Source: Isurus oxyrinchus
Lineage: Eukaryota
NCBI GenBank assembly: GCA_026770705.1
Contig: JANJGN010000007.1
Coordinates: forward strand, 96,968,001 to 97,032,000
DNA: 64,000 nucleotides
Direction of reading: 5' to 3'
The notes below the pieces were generated by a model. It made no database searches and was not told where the DNA came from. It saw nothing but the letters and a program-made list of their open reading frames with translations. Below, piece after piece: positions 12,491 to 25,440 of this stretch (position 1 is the first letter of the stretch; each line of letters begins with the position of its first letter). Position numbers and translations under genes: made by a program.

Positions 12491-13899
12491 TATGCTATCA
12501 TTCCCACCCCTAAAGTTGGTTTATCGGAGGATTGCAAAAATACCAGCTTTACTGTGTGATGATCCCTTGGCCCTAGAATGATATTCAATTAGTTCACCTT
12601 TACCTTCTGTGGGGTTGGATGCCCTTCATGCAGGGCGAAGTGCAATCATCAAGCCTGAAGAATTGCAGAGAATTCGGTGCACCCTGCATTAGACCCCAAG
12701 GTACAAAGTCTGGGTGTTAGTGTACTATAACTAAGAGAGTGAAGGACAAAAAGGAAAGTTCCATGTAAGGTTATACTGTCTGATGGGAAGACAGTGGCTG
12801 AACAGCATTGTCGTCAAAATATTAAGAGGAAATTGTTTCAGTCCATCTGCATTTATTTTAAAGCTTCAGAATCTGCGCAATTCACAGAAGGTGATGAGGC
12901 ATCCTGCACTTCACATATTCAAATGATTGACAGCTATGAGTAGCAGAATATGGTTCAAAACGGGCCGCATGATGATACATTAATTATGACTCATGGAGCA
13001 AAGACAGCTATCCTACCGAAAAGTCAACTGCTTATAGTCGCCTCTTGGAGAACCTAAATAGCTGCAGCGATCAGTAAATAGAGAAATGCGAAAATGGTAG
13101 ACAGCACAGGGGGAGAGAGTGGCAGAATCAACTTTGGGCTAAGTGTCCAAGATGATTGACAAAAGATAAGATCTAGGGACTGGGAAAATGACGTGCAATG
13201 ATGGAGAAGAAGGCAACGCAGAGTGACACCCATTGTGGATCAGCGAGTGATTCTGGCAAAAGAAAGTGATCATGAACAGCAGTGATTCTGGGAGGATGAG
13301 AACCTGAACCAGTAATGCAGAAATATAGGAGAGCAAGTAAAGGCCACAGCTTGACTAGAGTATGTGGTAGGCCAAAAATTATAGAACAACCTAGGAGCAC
13401 CATTCGAACTAGAGACCCTTTTGATAGGAATGTATTTGTGGCTGCAAACAATTTGGAAGACAATTTAAAAGAGAGGGAAAAGTAAAACTTTGAATAGTTG
13501 GTAGGAATTTCGAATCTACTCTGAAGTGCCAGATAGGAGACATCCAGATTTATCACACAGATGGATATGCAAGGAAACATTAAGCAAAATGGAATAAAAA
13601 AAGACTGAAATAAGACCAAAGGCAAGAGGTTTGGAAGGGAGACTTGGATATGAACATGTCAACGTGGACTCCTCCACGGCAAGAAAAGTGATCTTGAAAA
13701 ATTTGGTTTGCTGCGCTATCCTAAAAGTCGTGAGAATTTAGGTCGATTAGTACAAACACTATACTTTCTGTAGGATGAAAACAAACAAAAATCAAGCAGA
13801 AGCATTATTTTACAGCACCCATGGAAGGAAGTGTTGTAAACGTGAAGCTGTGGACATTAAATACTTGTGTTTATGAGTTCAATGATGTACCAAGAGTCT

Positions 13900-14360
13900 A
13901 GCAATTATTGGCTAGGCCTGCCTTGCCAAATAAAGGCTGTAATCATCTGAAAGCAGGTCGAGCAATGATCCACTGATATCACAGTATGACACGCCAAGCA
14001 CCATTATGATGCCTGTCAATGATATTCTATGGTGTGGTTTTGTGAAACACCCCCAGGAAAGCTGCTCACTCTCGGATCGACTGCCTACACACTGATCTGA
14101 AAACGCTCTCACCTGTCCCGAATTTTACTAGACCTGTGACAGCTGAATTTTATCAGGCAGACATAGAAGAATGGCTGGGCAGGCGAGGGATAAGACATCC
14201 ATTATTAATGACATAGCTCCTGGATGACTTGGTGAAACATTTGGAAATCTTTTTTGGGGAATGCAGCAGACCCAAAACGCACATTGATAAGTCAATGGAT
14301 CCGAGAAATGCATGCTAACCTTGCAGCCACGAGAATAAGATATGTTGTCCTGCAAGTTCA
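13900..14360 (+). mobile_element. Possible PIF/Harbinger transposase remnant
   Basis: Across frameshifts: EWLG...DK..PLLMT*LL..VKH, resembling the Harbinger motif GWLLGDKGYPL.TWLMTP. Weak match. Confidence 0.3.
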
Positions 14361-15359
14361 ATTATCTCAAATGAACTGTTATGTGCAGTAAATCCATCTT
14401 CAAATTCTATTTCCAAGCTCTTGCATTGCCAGCCTAAGCCACTGGTCCCTTTTCCACAAATTCATCACATACCGACCACAGATTTGTATTAATCAGGACT
14501 CACACTTAACATACACATACTTCAGCTCACAATCACACAGTTTGCTTGCCGACAGTGCTTGCTTTTCAAGCATAATAGACGCTCACATAAACACATTGTG
14601 TGATATTCTCCAATATAGTTTATTCTGCCTTGCAGGAGAACCTGGTACAACAGCAGGAGTAGCAGAAACTAACCAAGCTGGCAATACACCTCAGTGTGCT
14701 CTATAACCCCTGGGTTGGTATGGACTAGCAATTATAGGAACAGCACTTAGAACGTCTGTGGATGACAGTGCGTTTTTAATATCTTAAATGATAGTTCCTC
14801 TTTTGTAACGTTTCATCTCAAATCCCATAGACTGTTCATTCAATACAATCTTCTAGTAACCTTTATGTAGTGTAAGCATGCATCTCTATTCCTTCCTCTT
14901 CCTTTCACCATAGCTTTACCTTTGTCTTCTACACTGCAACTCGCGGCCATTTCAAATTTGCAAGGTGCGTGTTAATGAAAATTTGGTGACCTCTCATTTT
15001 GATCTAAACCTTTTATCTTGTGGTGACTTTTACATTTGTATCGTGGCCTGACAATTAATTCTGGGGCAGTGTTAGAGAAACGTTAAGGATGAAGGCGCCA
15101 TTGCTGACCTGGGAACTTTATTTATAATTAATTGTATCACACTTGAATGAGATAATCTATTTCTGCACGCAAGGGTGTCCTCACAATTTCTCCTTCTCCA
15201 ATATTTATTCCCAAAATGGCTCCACATATTCCCCTTCTTCCTTCTCTTCAAGATTCTCTCATGCTAGTTGATGCCAGGTTTTGCCCCTTCATGCTAGCAA
15301 CACTGTGCAATGCAACACCATGAATATTGAACTCCCCTAATCGATTATTAGATCTGTCG

Positions 15360-15525
15360 GGCAGAAAAACAAGATGACAGTAAATGTATGAGTTTAAGAA
15401 TAAAGTTGGTGGCTTCATTCAGATTATCAACGTGCACGTGAAGAATGCAATGGGTGTCAGACGCATTGCCACACAACCTGGCAAATTTGTTGGAAGCGGA
15501 ATGATATCCAATTTATCAGCATGGG
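15360..15525 (+). pseudogene. IgSF V-domain exon remnant (3' half), paralogue of 59789-60106
   Basis: Reads NKVGGFIQIINVHVKNAMGVRRIATQPGKFVGSGMISNLSAW(G)|gtagc versus [43 protein letters not shown](G)|gtagg. The F-strand Cys is replaced by Arg and the 5' half is missing. Confidence 0.75.
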
Positions 15526-15639
15526 GTAGCTATGAAGAAGAAAAAAACTGAGTTTTCTGTAATTAGCAACTCGCGTTTGGAAGAGTTTCCGATTGTGCAT
15601 TGAAAGTTTTATATTACCAAGTAACACCTTATATTTTTC

Positions 15640-15790
15640 TTAATCTTTCATGGGATGTGTGGCAAGAACAAAATTTGTTACCATTACCAATCACTCTTGA
15701 AGTAGCTTGCTCGGCCATTTCCGAGTGCATTTAAGAGCCAACCACATGACAGTGGACCAAGGGTTACATATAAACCAGGTAAGGCAAGGA
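15640..15790 (-). mobile_element. tRNA-SINE family 3' part; same position as the copy at 60222-60360
   Basis: TCATGGGATGTG...GGCCATTTC..AGAG.CAACCACAT, located just downstream of the V exon in both gene copies. Confidence 0.65.
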
Positions 15791-16654
15791 GGGCTAGAGA
15801 AAGCCATATAGCGCGGTGAGCCAGCTATGCAGTTTCCAGTTGTGCTGTATGTACATATTCAGTTCATACAGTTGGCATATACAACACATTTTACCATGTA
15901 CTACAACATTTCAGCATGATTGGTCAGGTTGGGCATTGTCTATTAGTTGTTTTATTGAAATTGCAGTCGACGCGTAGAAAACCACAATTTCAAATATTAT
16001 TGCTATATCGGTAAAGGGTGATATTAATCGCACAGAATGCAAACAGAATGTTTTTAATTGATGGTTTGATTTCATTACCTTGGCTATCGAAGGATGAACT
16101 TCCATACTGTGATTGTGATTTGTGCACCTGTAATTTAACGTGGTATATCGAAGTCCAGTGAAAGCTGCCTTTGCTAATAAGGCTGCTCAAATGCTCTTCC
16201 CACCACAGCACGGCGCCAACAACCATTACCACCACCATCTTATACTGTCATCATCCTTTTGATTTCCAAGGGACCATGCTAAATCTTCTTATCAGACATG
16301 GGTAGAGTTAAATTATTCATCAGTTGTTATTGTTAACAAAGTGATATTTTTCCTCAGTCTCTTGTCAAAAGAGGCGGTATTCAATATGAAGACAAAGTAC
16401 AACCCACTTGACAATACCTTCCAGCAGAAAGAAAAGCATGCGACCCTTAAAATGGGTGGCCTATTTACTTGCACCTGAGTTGCGTCCTCTCATACCTTGA
16501 AATTCCCGTCAGTATTAAATTATCTTTAAAAAGATTTTGATAATGATGCAGATATCTATTGCGCACAGTAGAAATCTCTGCCTAATGTCAACCATCGCTT
16601 TTCTTCCCCCAAAGCAATTCAGCGAGGTCAGGAATGGGTTGACACAAAGTTTTA

Positions 16655-18075
16655 GAACCATAGAACCACAGAAATGTTACAGCACAGAAGGAAGACATTC
16701 CACCCATATTGTCCATGCCAGCCCGAGGACACCCAGGTATCCTTTCTAATCCCACCATCTTTGCTTTGGGCCCATTAGCCCTGCAGCTTACAACACCTTT
16801 GGTGCAGATACAGATACTTTTTAAAAGAGTTTCATGTTTGTGCCTCTACCACCAACTTCGGCACCAAATTCCAGGCACCGACTTCCCTCTGCATAAAGAA
16901 GTTCATTCTCATGTTCCCCATACACATTCTGCCATTTATCTTGAATCTACGTCCACTATTTCTAGAATTCTCCATCAAGGGAAACAATTTTATCCTGTCC
17001 AATCTATCTATTCCCCTCATAATTGCGTACAAATCAATCAAGCCACCTCTCACCTCCCAAGTAATCCCAACCTATCCAATCTCTCATCATCGTGACACTT
17101 TTCTAACCCTGGCAACATTCTTGTAAACCCCATCTGCATTCTCTGCAGAGCTATTTCGCCCTTCCTGTAATGTGCGACCAGAACTTCACAAAATACTCCG
17201 GTTGTGCACTCACCAGTGTTTTATACAATCCCAACATTATATCCTTACTTTTATATTCTATACCTCTGCCAATGAAAGAGAGCATTCCATATGCTTTCAT
17301 TACAATCTTGTCTTCTTGGACTGCTGTCTTCAGGAATCTGTCTACTGTTAAGCAAATATCTCTCACTTCATCTACTCCCATTTATTTTGTAATCCTTGTA
17401 ACTGTTTGACCTCCCTTAATGTATCACCTCACACTTTTCTCTGTTAAGATCCATCTGCTGCTTTAATGCCCACACCACCAAACCACCTAAATAGTTTTGG
17501 AGATTATGGCTATCCATTACTATATCCACTACTCAGCCAATCTTTGTGTCATCTGCAAGTTTCCCAATCATGCCCCCCACGTTCACGTCCAAATCATTAA
17601 TATATAACACAAGCAGCAAGGGTACAAGGCCGAACCCTGTGGAACACCCCTGAGACAACTTTCCATTCGCAAGAACATCCAGTAAAAATTACCCTTTGTT
17701 TCCTGTTACAAAGCCAACCTTTTATCCAGTTTGCCACATTACCCTGAATCCCATGGTCTTTTCCTTTCCTGACCAATCTACCATGTGGAACTTTGTCAAA
17801 TTCCTTGCTAAAATCCATCTACACAACATCCACTACACTACCTTTATCAAATCTTCTTGACACTTCCTCAAAGTATTCAATCAAATTTGTGAAGCAAGAT
17901 CTTTCTTTAACAAATCCATGCTGACCATCCGTAACTATCCCATGCCTTTCCACATGACAGTTAATCCTATCTCTCTGGAATGATTCTACTAATTTGCTCA
18001 CCACTGATGTAAGAGCAATTGGCCTCTACTTGTTTGCCATTTCCTTTGATCCCTTTATAAACCATAGAACTATGT
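16655..18075 (-). mobile_element. CR1 LINE 3' half inserted in the V-C1 intron
   Basis: QHGFVKERSCFTNLIEYFEEV, MDFSKEFDKVPHGRL, LYKTLVSAQPEYFVKFWS and RGGLIDLYAIMRGIDR; 3' tail repeats AGAACCAT/AGAACCAC. Absent from the paralogous intron at ~61140. Confidence 0.9.
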
Positions 18076-18138
18076 TTTTAGCTGTTTACTTTTCTGATGT
18101 CAAAGTTAAGATTTTTCTTTTCATTTTCATTTTCCTAG

Positions 18139-18442
18139 TTCCACCAACTCCACTGAAAAATAATTATCAGCCACCTGAAAATGTTTCATCAGCGGCCCCT
18201 GCAGTTCCATGCTCATAGACTCCTTTTACCTGAAGAATATCAGGTTTGCTTAGTACAAGGATGACACCAAAACTACAACAGGGACAAAGGTCACGATGAA
18301 ACCCAAGAACGATATGCAGTACTATGTTTCTTGTGGCTTTCAAGAGGCGCAGATTATCCAGCACGGAAATGTTAATTCCTCACAGTGCACTCAATATTTC
18401 TCAATGCCTATGCCACTCCGATTATCACCCACCATAACACAG
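18139..18442 (+). pseudogene. IgSF C1-set exon 1 (pseudo) of the decayed gene copy
   Basis: Acceptor tttcctag| then (V)PPTPLK...FYLKNIRFA*YKDDTKTTTG...YYVS, ending at donor ag|gtaaga. The FYPxxIxxxW motif has Trp changed to TAG; frameshifts present. Confidence 0.8.
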
Positions 18443-19543
18443 GTAAGAATTCTGACAGAACCAGATAGTCTGAAAGTACATTCTATCTGGAACCCAAGTG
18501 GGGCCTCTGTGGAAACGCTTTCCTATTTAGTGTAATGCAGCGCCTTATTTGCAAAACTGCAAATTAGCCACTTTCAGGAACATATTTAACTGCCTTTGTT
18601 AAATGTTACAACGTAAGGTGCTCTCTCTGGATCTTCCTAACATATTGCTCCTCAATTTCCCTCTATTTTTCGATGTATTTTAATTTTAGCTATGTGAACT
18701 TGGTTAATGTATACATTTACAAATTGAAATAGTTCCACCTTACTCGATCAACACTTCAAAATGTTATTTCCTTCTCTTCCGTAGCCCTCTGATCTTCATT
18801 GCGTAATGGAGAAACCCTAACTTCTCCCAGGGCTCCAAGTAGATGAAGGCATTCATTCCTGAAATCCTCTCCTGCCGCCTCGTCAATGTCAAGGCTTCTT
18901 TGCTCTTCTGCCATGCCCATATTTGAACATGGCACTGCGCAATGGTCTAACCAGTGTTTTTTTTTAATAGAAAGTTTTCCAAGGACTCCTTTCTTATATT
19001 TTCACTCTCGCTATCAACCGTTAGTTATTCCAAGGAACACCTGTAATCACATTATGACTTTGCCCTACCGCCTTGAAAGGCTACGGAATGTGCCCTCTGA
19101 GATTCGACTGCTTTTTCCCCAAAATAATGTTGTTTTGACTATGCTAACTCACGCCATTGTTACCCGCATTGTATTTCCCCTCTTTTGCTTCTGACAAATT
19201 CGTCATGCTAAACGTGTAAGCTTCAAGTCTGCTGCTCTGTTCCACAGGTCATGTTCCGCAATATTGCTTTCATCTCCGAACGCTTAAATTATCCGCGCGA
19301 TGTTCAAGTCCATCCCTTCACCTATATCACCGAAAGCATTCGTGGCACTATTAGGGCGTGCCGGACCGGATATAATGTCCGCTCTTATAAATACCTTTCT
19401 CAGTTTGAAGCGAATCAATAGGCCACAAACGATTTTTTTTTAAAAAAACCTCCACCACAAGAACTCTTCCCCCACCGAGTTCTCTCGTCATTAATGTGCT
19501 GAATCATATCCGCTGTGCTAGTAGTTTTTCTCCCCCTACTCTT

Positions 19544-19834
19544 TTCCGTCAACTCCACTGAAAACGAACTCTCAGACAAGTGAACATGATTCTTGCCACG
19601 TATTTTGACGTTATTTGCATGACAATTGGGAATTTGGGTTTAATTTGGTATAAGGATATCACCAAGGCCGCAGCACGGATCATTAATATTGTTCACTCCG
19701 CAGTTAGATTCTATGATCCTTCCAACTTTTGCAAGACGCATAATGTATGTCGGAGCTATTAATACTCCCTTGGCATCTCAATGTACCCTCCAGGTTTTTG
19801 CCGTGTCAATCACACATTCATGCATTCCAACAAA
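19544..19834 (+). pseudogene. IgSF C1-set exon 2 (pseudo) of the decayed gene copy
   Basis: PSTPLKTNSQ...VICMT...LGLIWYKDITK...FYDPS; acceptor lost. Paralogous to 62621-62929. Confidence 0.7.
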
Positions 19835-20305
19835 GTTTCAATGATGAGTGCAATCTTTCAAAACACACAGTCGGACATTTCAGTGGAAGGTCTTTGGATG
19901 AGCCATCCAGTTTACGCCCACGCCACAGCATTCCCCATACCCCGTAAAAAAAAAATCCGCTTTCTGCCACGGTCTTTGCTTTTTTTTAGAAATGCTTCCA
20001 TGTATGGTGCCTCCATAAAGCATTCAATTAAGTCTTCTCAAAGTTACAAACGTACACAGGAAACTTATAATCCTCAATTTCCCTCTAACACTTTGGTAGC
20101 AAGACTGCCTCTAATTCTGCTGGTCACAAAGCATTTTCCAGAGGCAATGCCTTCTCTATACCAGGAACATAAAGAACACATAATCCTGAGCATTTTACTT
20201 CGTTATAAAGTTAATTAATTCAGTTGAAAGTAAAAAAAAAAGAATCTTCACCAGCCTTTCTCCATCAATTAATATCCAGATTCGTGGTATACCTTCATTA
20301 TGCTG

Positions 20306-20348
20306 TATATATATATATATAATATATATTATATATATAAATATATTA
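20306..20348. repeat. (TA)n microsatellite, imperfect
   Basis: Run of about 40 nt of alternating TA with a few interruptions. Confidence 0.9.
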
Positions 20349-20959
20349 CATTCTTGCGAAACAAATCTAATAAGCTGTCATATCCGCCACTCAAAATTGG
20401 TCAAATTCCTACATATACTTCTGAGTATGAACTCACGTGTTAATCATAATTTGCATGCACTTCAAACAGTAGCCCTTCATGTTGCTTCGCGCGAATTCAA
20501 TATTTTACACTTATTTGCATTAAATTTCACTTACCATGCGTTAGACAGTTTTGCCAAACTATTCGTGTCCTTCTGAAGACTGAGTCTTTTTCTCAATATT
20601 TTCAAAATAGTCCAATCCTTAATATTTGTATTTTAATTCTAACCCGTACGTGTCCATTTACATATATAAGCACGATTAATTAGTTGAGTTAGACAGATTG
20701 TGTATTCGCTTTGGGCATTCATTATAAGCCCATGCTTCTCTCTGAGAGAAATATTTCTATCCTTGGAAATGGTCCTCAGAAGATTCGTAAAATTCATCTT
20801 AGGTTTACTGCACCCTAATTACCAGTTCAGCAAACTCGATTATTGTGTGAGTAAATCCTACGTTGTGATCCCACCCGTTATCATTCGTTTAGTTTTAATG
20901 AGTTACCATTATCTTCGGAGTTTTGTCACTTGTACTGCTTCAGGATCCCTTTAGTTGTT

Positions 20960-21330
20960 TGTTTTTATTCATTCAATAGGTGTAGGCTTCGCTGGCTCAG
21001 CCACAATTTATTGCCCATCCCTAATTGCTTTAAGTGTTGATGGTGTGCTGCCAACTTGAAACGCTGGAGTACTTGTGGTGTTGGTACAGCCCCAGTGCTG
21101 TTACGCAGTACCATGATTTTGACTCAGTGGCAGTGAAGGAACAGCGATATACATCCAAGCCAGGGTGTTGTGTTTTGGGATGGAACTTCCAGCTGGTGGT
21201 GTCCCCATGCTCTCTTGATGACCCCTTCCATCACTGTACTGATGATCGAGAGTCACATGATGGGATGGTAATTGCATGGTTTGGATTTGTAATGCTTTGA
21301 GTGTACAGGTCAGAGCTGGGCATATTGTCC
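20960..21330 (-). mobile_element. 3' end and fragment of the CR1/L2-group LINE family
   Basis: Reverse-complement tail TTTATTCATTCA..GGCTTCGCTGGC..ATTTATTGCCCATCCCTAATTGC, followed by an RT fragment similar to 5400-5500. Confidence 0.75.
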
Positions 21331-21939
21331 TCCATGGATTCCGTCCTGGAATTGCAGAACTGGTTTGTATAAACTCATGTTCAGTGATTGCATTTAATAG
21401 TGCTTGTCTCAAGATCTCTCAACTGAAAGGCAGTGTTCTGGCTTCCTTAAACAGTGCAATAATTTTCAGCAAAAAATTAAGAAGTGATCGTAGACACTTC
21501 ATAATTTAACAATTAACCATTTACAGACTAAAGGCATGCAAAAAATAATTGGGAAAAATGTGAAATAATCTGTCGAATATCTGACATTGCAAAGAAAGAA
21601 CATGGAATCAGGCAAATACTAAATGTTCTTCTACACTCCGTGTTGAATTTAAAGAGTGCAATTTTTCCCCACTAAAACAGAGTCCTTTGATCGACCTGAA
21701 GCTGGTGAATTATTTAGCATTGGCATTTCCTGCCCTCATATGAGCAATTTAATGATTCAATGTTAATTGACTTTTCATGAACTTATCCATTGCGACTTTT
21801 TCAAGTTAACGGTAATTTGTTACTTGATGTTTCATAAAGTAAAAATAGCACCCGTGGAATTGGCCATATATACTGAAATGGATTTAAGGTTGGTTAGTGA
21901 AGGACAACGAGAAACTAAGATTGAATGGAATATTTGGGG

Positions 21940-22200
21940 CGAGATGGTGGTTTTATTTTAATTTCATTGGACTAAAAATCCAGTGGACTGCCGAATGTTT
22001 TGCGGGCATGGATTAAAATCATACCACGGCAACTGGTGATATTTATAATTCATCTAATTGAAAAAAAATCAGGAGGTTATCAAGCCGTAACGTGTCTCAC
22101 AACAACGTGGTTGACGATTAATTTTTGAAGTTTGTTTGAAGAGTAATTAGGGATGGATACCAAGTGCCTTGCCAGTTGCACGCAAATTCTATGAAATAAT
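21940..22200 (+). mobile_element. tRNA-derived SINE
   Basis: TGGACTAAAAATCCAG..GGGCATGGATTAAAATCATACCACGGCAACTGGTG head and TAATTAGGGATGG..GCCTTGCCAGTTGCAC tail. Confidence 0.65.
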
Positions 22201-24284
22201 AGTAATGTTAATAATAAAAATAATAATAATTATTATAATGGGAAGCTGTAACAGACAGGCTAAGGGTAATGGAAACAGACAGTAACGTTCAGTAGTCAGG
22301 CCTCAGGTTAATGACATATGCTGGGTTTCTACCACACGAAGAAAAAGCAATCCAACAATGTGCGCTCAAGCTTTATACTTTTGACATTGTTTTTAAAATG
22401 GATTTCCCACCGAACCAAAAATTATGGCTGCATCAAGTCACATGACCACAGATTTGTCTTCTTGACCTGGAATCTAAGGCCAGGAATTACAAGAACAAAT
22501 TAATTACTCACTTAGCCTGTGGAATTGCACGCCGGAGTGTACATGCACCTTGTAATCCCAAAAAGAAGCGGAAGTTCAGAAGAACTGCCCACAGCTCCAA
22601 CCGGAATTATCACAGAATGGAGGGACCAACGCTCATGACATTGCAATATATTTTAATAACCACCTGGCTCCCGCGGAGAAAAGGAGCAATGGAATTTTGG
22701 CCAGATGGATAGAAACTGCTTGTTAAACTTCAATTTAATGTTAATGCGACCCGTCACGTAACGCAAGCACCTGATCTTTTCGGACACTTTTACCATGACA
22801 TGGTTAGCTTCACAAGCAGTCTGATGCTTAACATACAAGTGGTGAAACACCATGAATGAGCCCTTAAGGCAGAAAAACTGCGTATCCCTTTAGTCCGCCT
22901 TTGCCGGAAGATGTATTGCCATCAGCTGCAGAACTGATCCATTTTGTCTCTATCTAATTGATTGTGCAGTATTAGCACAAACTGCGAAGCTAATTCTACT
23001 ACCGTTACCTTCATCTACCTGAGCTCGAAATCCTTCATGAAATAAATCCTCATTGGGCACTGACTATGGGCTATGGATTCACTCGAGCTAACATGCATTT
23101 CGGTGGTTCTTGTTCTGTTAACATTAATAGCTGCAAAATGTATTTGTCTATGCCATCCTTACTGTGTGGGTGGATATGGGCGATAAAGGGCACATTTAAT
23201 CCTGTGGGTGTCTGTGTGTGCTTGTGTGGTTGTGTGATGAGTTGTGCGTGCATGTGTGGAGTGGAGAGTGACCTTGAAACCACCCACCCTCCCCCACCGC
23301 CACCCCTGCACCACCACTCCATCACACCGCCAAACACGAGTTTTGAATGTCAAATGTAGTAACCTTCTGAATTAATAATAAGGCGAGTTTGCTGTGGATT
23401 ATTAATAAAAATGTATCACATAAAACTAAGCTTTTTGGAAATAGCTAAAGGCATACTCTAAAAATAATATACATACCTTCTGCTTGCAGAAGGCGTTGAG
23501 ATAACATAGCTACCACTTTCCTGTCTCTGTGCTTTCTTTAATAGTCAGATGAGTGGCAGAATCGAAATACATCCAGGTTTTCTGACAATACAACTTGATG
23601 TGGAAAGCAATGTCTGAGGATTCAAAGGAGATGCAGGGGAATGTCGAATGAGTGGGCAAGTAGAAGTCAAATGCAGTTCAGTGTGGCAAAATGTGAAGTT
23701 TCCTTTTTTGGTCAGAAAAGTAGCAAAGCAATATATGCTGCAATTCTGAGAAATAGGGACAATTTTCCTGTCAGAAGCACCGTGTGTCCTTTGTTAATGG
23801 AGGTAACATGGTGGAACAGCTTGCCATTAGAACGCTAATATTATACATGTTATTTTTCCTCAAAAAGGAAAGAAATGCAGTGATTAAGAAGTTTAGTGAA
23901 ATCATGCCTTGCGTTGATAGGTCATTCTATCAGAATAAGTCTCTCATCGTTTATGAATCAGTTGAGGAGGGGTTGTGGAATCTTTGAACCTCAGGCTGCG
24001 AGGGCTGTGGGTTTTTAGCCATGAGATATATTCAAGAGAGTTAAATGCATCTTTGAATGCTACGAAAACGAAGGATTATTTACAGCTTAGGAAAGGTTAC
24101 ACCTGCTTATGCTCAGTGATGAACAATGCTTGCTGGCCCACTTGGCCTAGCCTGGCTTCTATTTCTAATAGTCTTGAGTTCTTATATTAACCCTGCCCAT
24201 TTGCTTCCCCGCATGCCCAGCCTCCACCCAGCTCGAATTTCGACACTTCTTCTCGAGAATATGTTGGAGGAGGTTACATATCCA

Positions 24285-25440
24285 CATAGAGATATAAGAA
24301 TGTTTAGCTGACAGGAAGCAAAGCATAGGGATAAATTTGCCCTTTAATGCCCATATCCCTTGACTGCCTTATCGTTCAAAAATCTACTCAAACTTGAATT
24401 GAATAAATTAAATGATCCAACCTCTAATGCTCTCTGGGGAATAAAATTCTACACCTATCCTGTTAGGTGCCCAAGGGATTTTATGTGATTCATTAAGTTC
24501 GCCTCTCATTACTCTAAACTCCAATGGTTATAGGCCTAATTCACTCAACCTTTCTTTTTAAGATATCTCCTTCAGCCGCAGAATCAATCTAGTGATCCTT
24601 CTCCGAACTCCTACAAATGTAACTATATCCTACCATAGGTAAAGTATCCAGAATTGCGCACAATATTTCATATGCAATCTGATCAAGGCCATGTACAGCT
24701 GTAGCAACACTTCCCTACAATTGTCGTTAATTCCACTTGCATTAACAGTCAGCATTCGATTTTCCTTACTAATCACATATTGTACCAGTACACCCAGATC
24801 CAACTGTACCCCAGAATTGTGCTGCCTTCTCAATTTATATTACATATTGCTTTTCTACACTTCAAATGTTGACAATGTCACATGTTCAAACATGGTACTC
24901 CATCTGCCAATGTTTCTACCTATATCTACCCTTCTTGTTCTTTGTTTGTCCTCTTGACAACTGACTTTCCTACCGATTGTTGTGTTATCCAGAAATTTAT
25001 CAGTCAAAAATGTGGTCCCTTCATTCGAGTCGTTGATCTGAATTGTAAATATTTGAGGCTTCCGCACTGACTAGTGTGGCACTTTCGAAATTACAGATTT
25101 CTAACCCGAAAATAACTCAAGGATTAAAGCAAAATACTGTGGATGATGGAAATCTATAACAAAAGATAACAATACTTGGAGAAACTAGCAGGTCTGACAG
25201 CATCTGCAGAGAGGGATACAGTTAACGTTTCCAGTCCGATGAATCTTCATCGGAAGAGTCATTAGAACTCGAAATGTTAACTCTATCCCTCTCCGCAGAT
25301 GATGTCAGACCTGCTGAATGTTCCAGTTATTTTGGTTTTTGTTCTGAAAATAACTCAATTGTTCATAGTGATTACTTCCAGTTAGTTAAAAGATAGTCGA
25401 TCTACAATAATATGACCACCTAAAAAAAATGACCTCTTAT
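24285..25440 (-). mobile_element. CR1 LINE 3' part, interrupted by a palindromic insertion
   Basis: FTIQINDSNEG..DKFLDNTTIGRKV and REVLLQLYMALIRLHMKYCAQFW. Confidence 0.85.
25121..25345. mobile_element. Palindromic Penelope-pLTR-type insertion with 13-bp target site duplication
   Basis: Inverted arms AGCAGGTCTGACAGCATCTGCAGAGAGGGATACAGTTAACGTTTC and GAAATGTTAACTCTATCCCTCTCCGCAGATGATGTCAGACCTGCT. Direct repeat GAAAATAACTCAA at 25108-25120 and 25346-25358. Confidence 0.8.

Noticed and set aside
13173-13625. 150-aa hydrophobic ORF and similar 60-145 aa ORFs in the track
   Set aside because: Mostly antisense or off-frame readings of purine-rich CR1/LTR remnants, with no domain motifs.
14637-14790. 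Acceptor-like ttgcag followed by an exon-like stretch
   Set aside because: In-frame stop and no recognisable domain or paralogous match in the window.
21276-21620. Possible transmembrane/cytoplasmic exons of the decayed IgSF copy
   Set aside because: Only weakly hydrophobic, with no clear splice sites, and it overlaps a LINE fragment.
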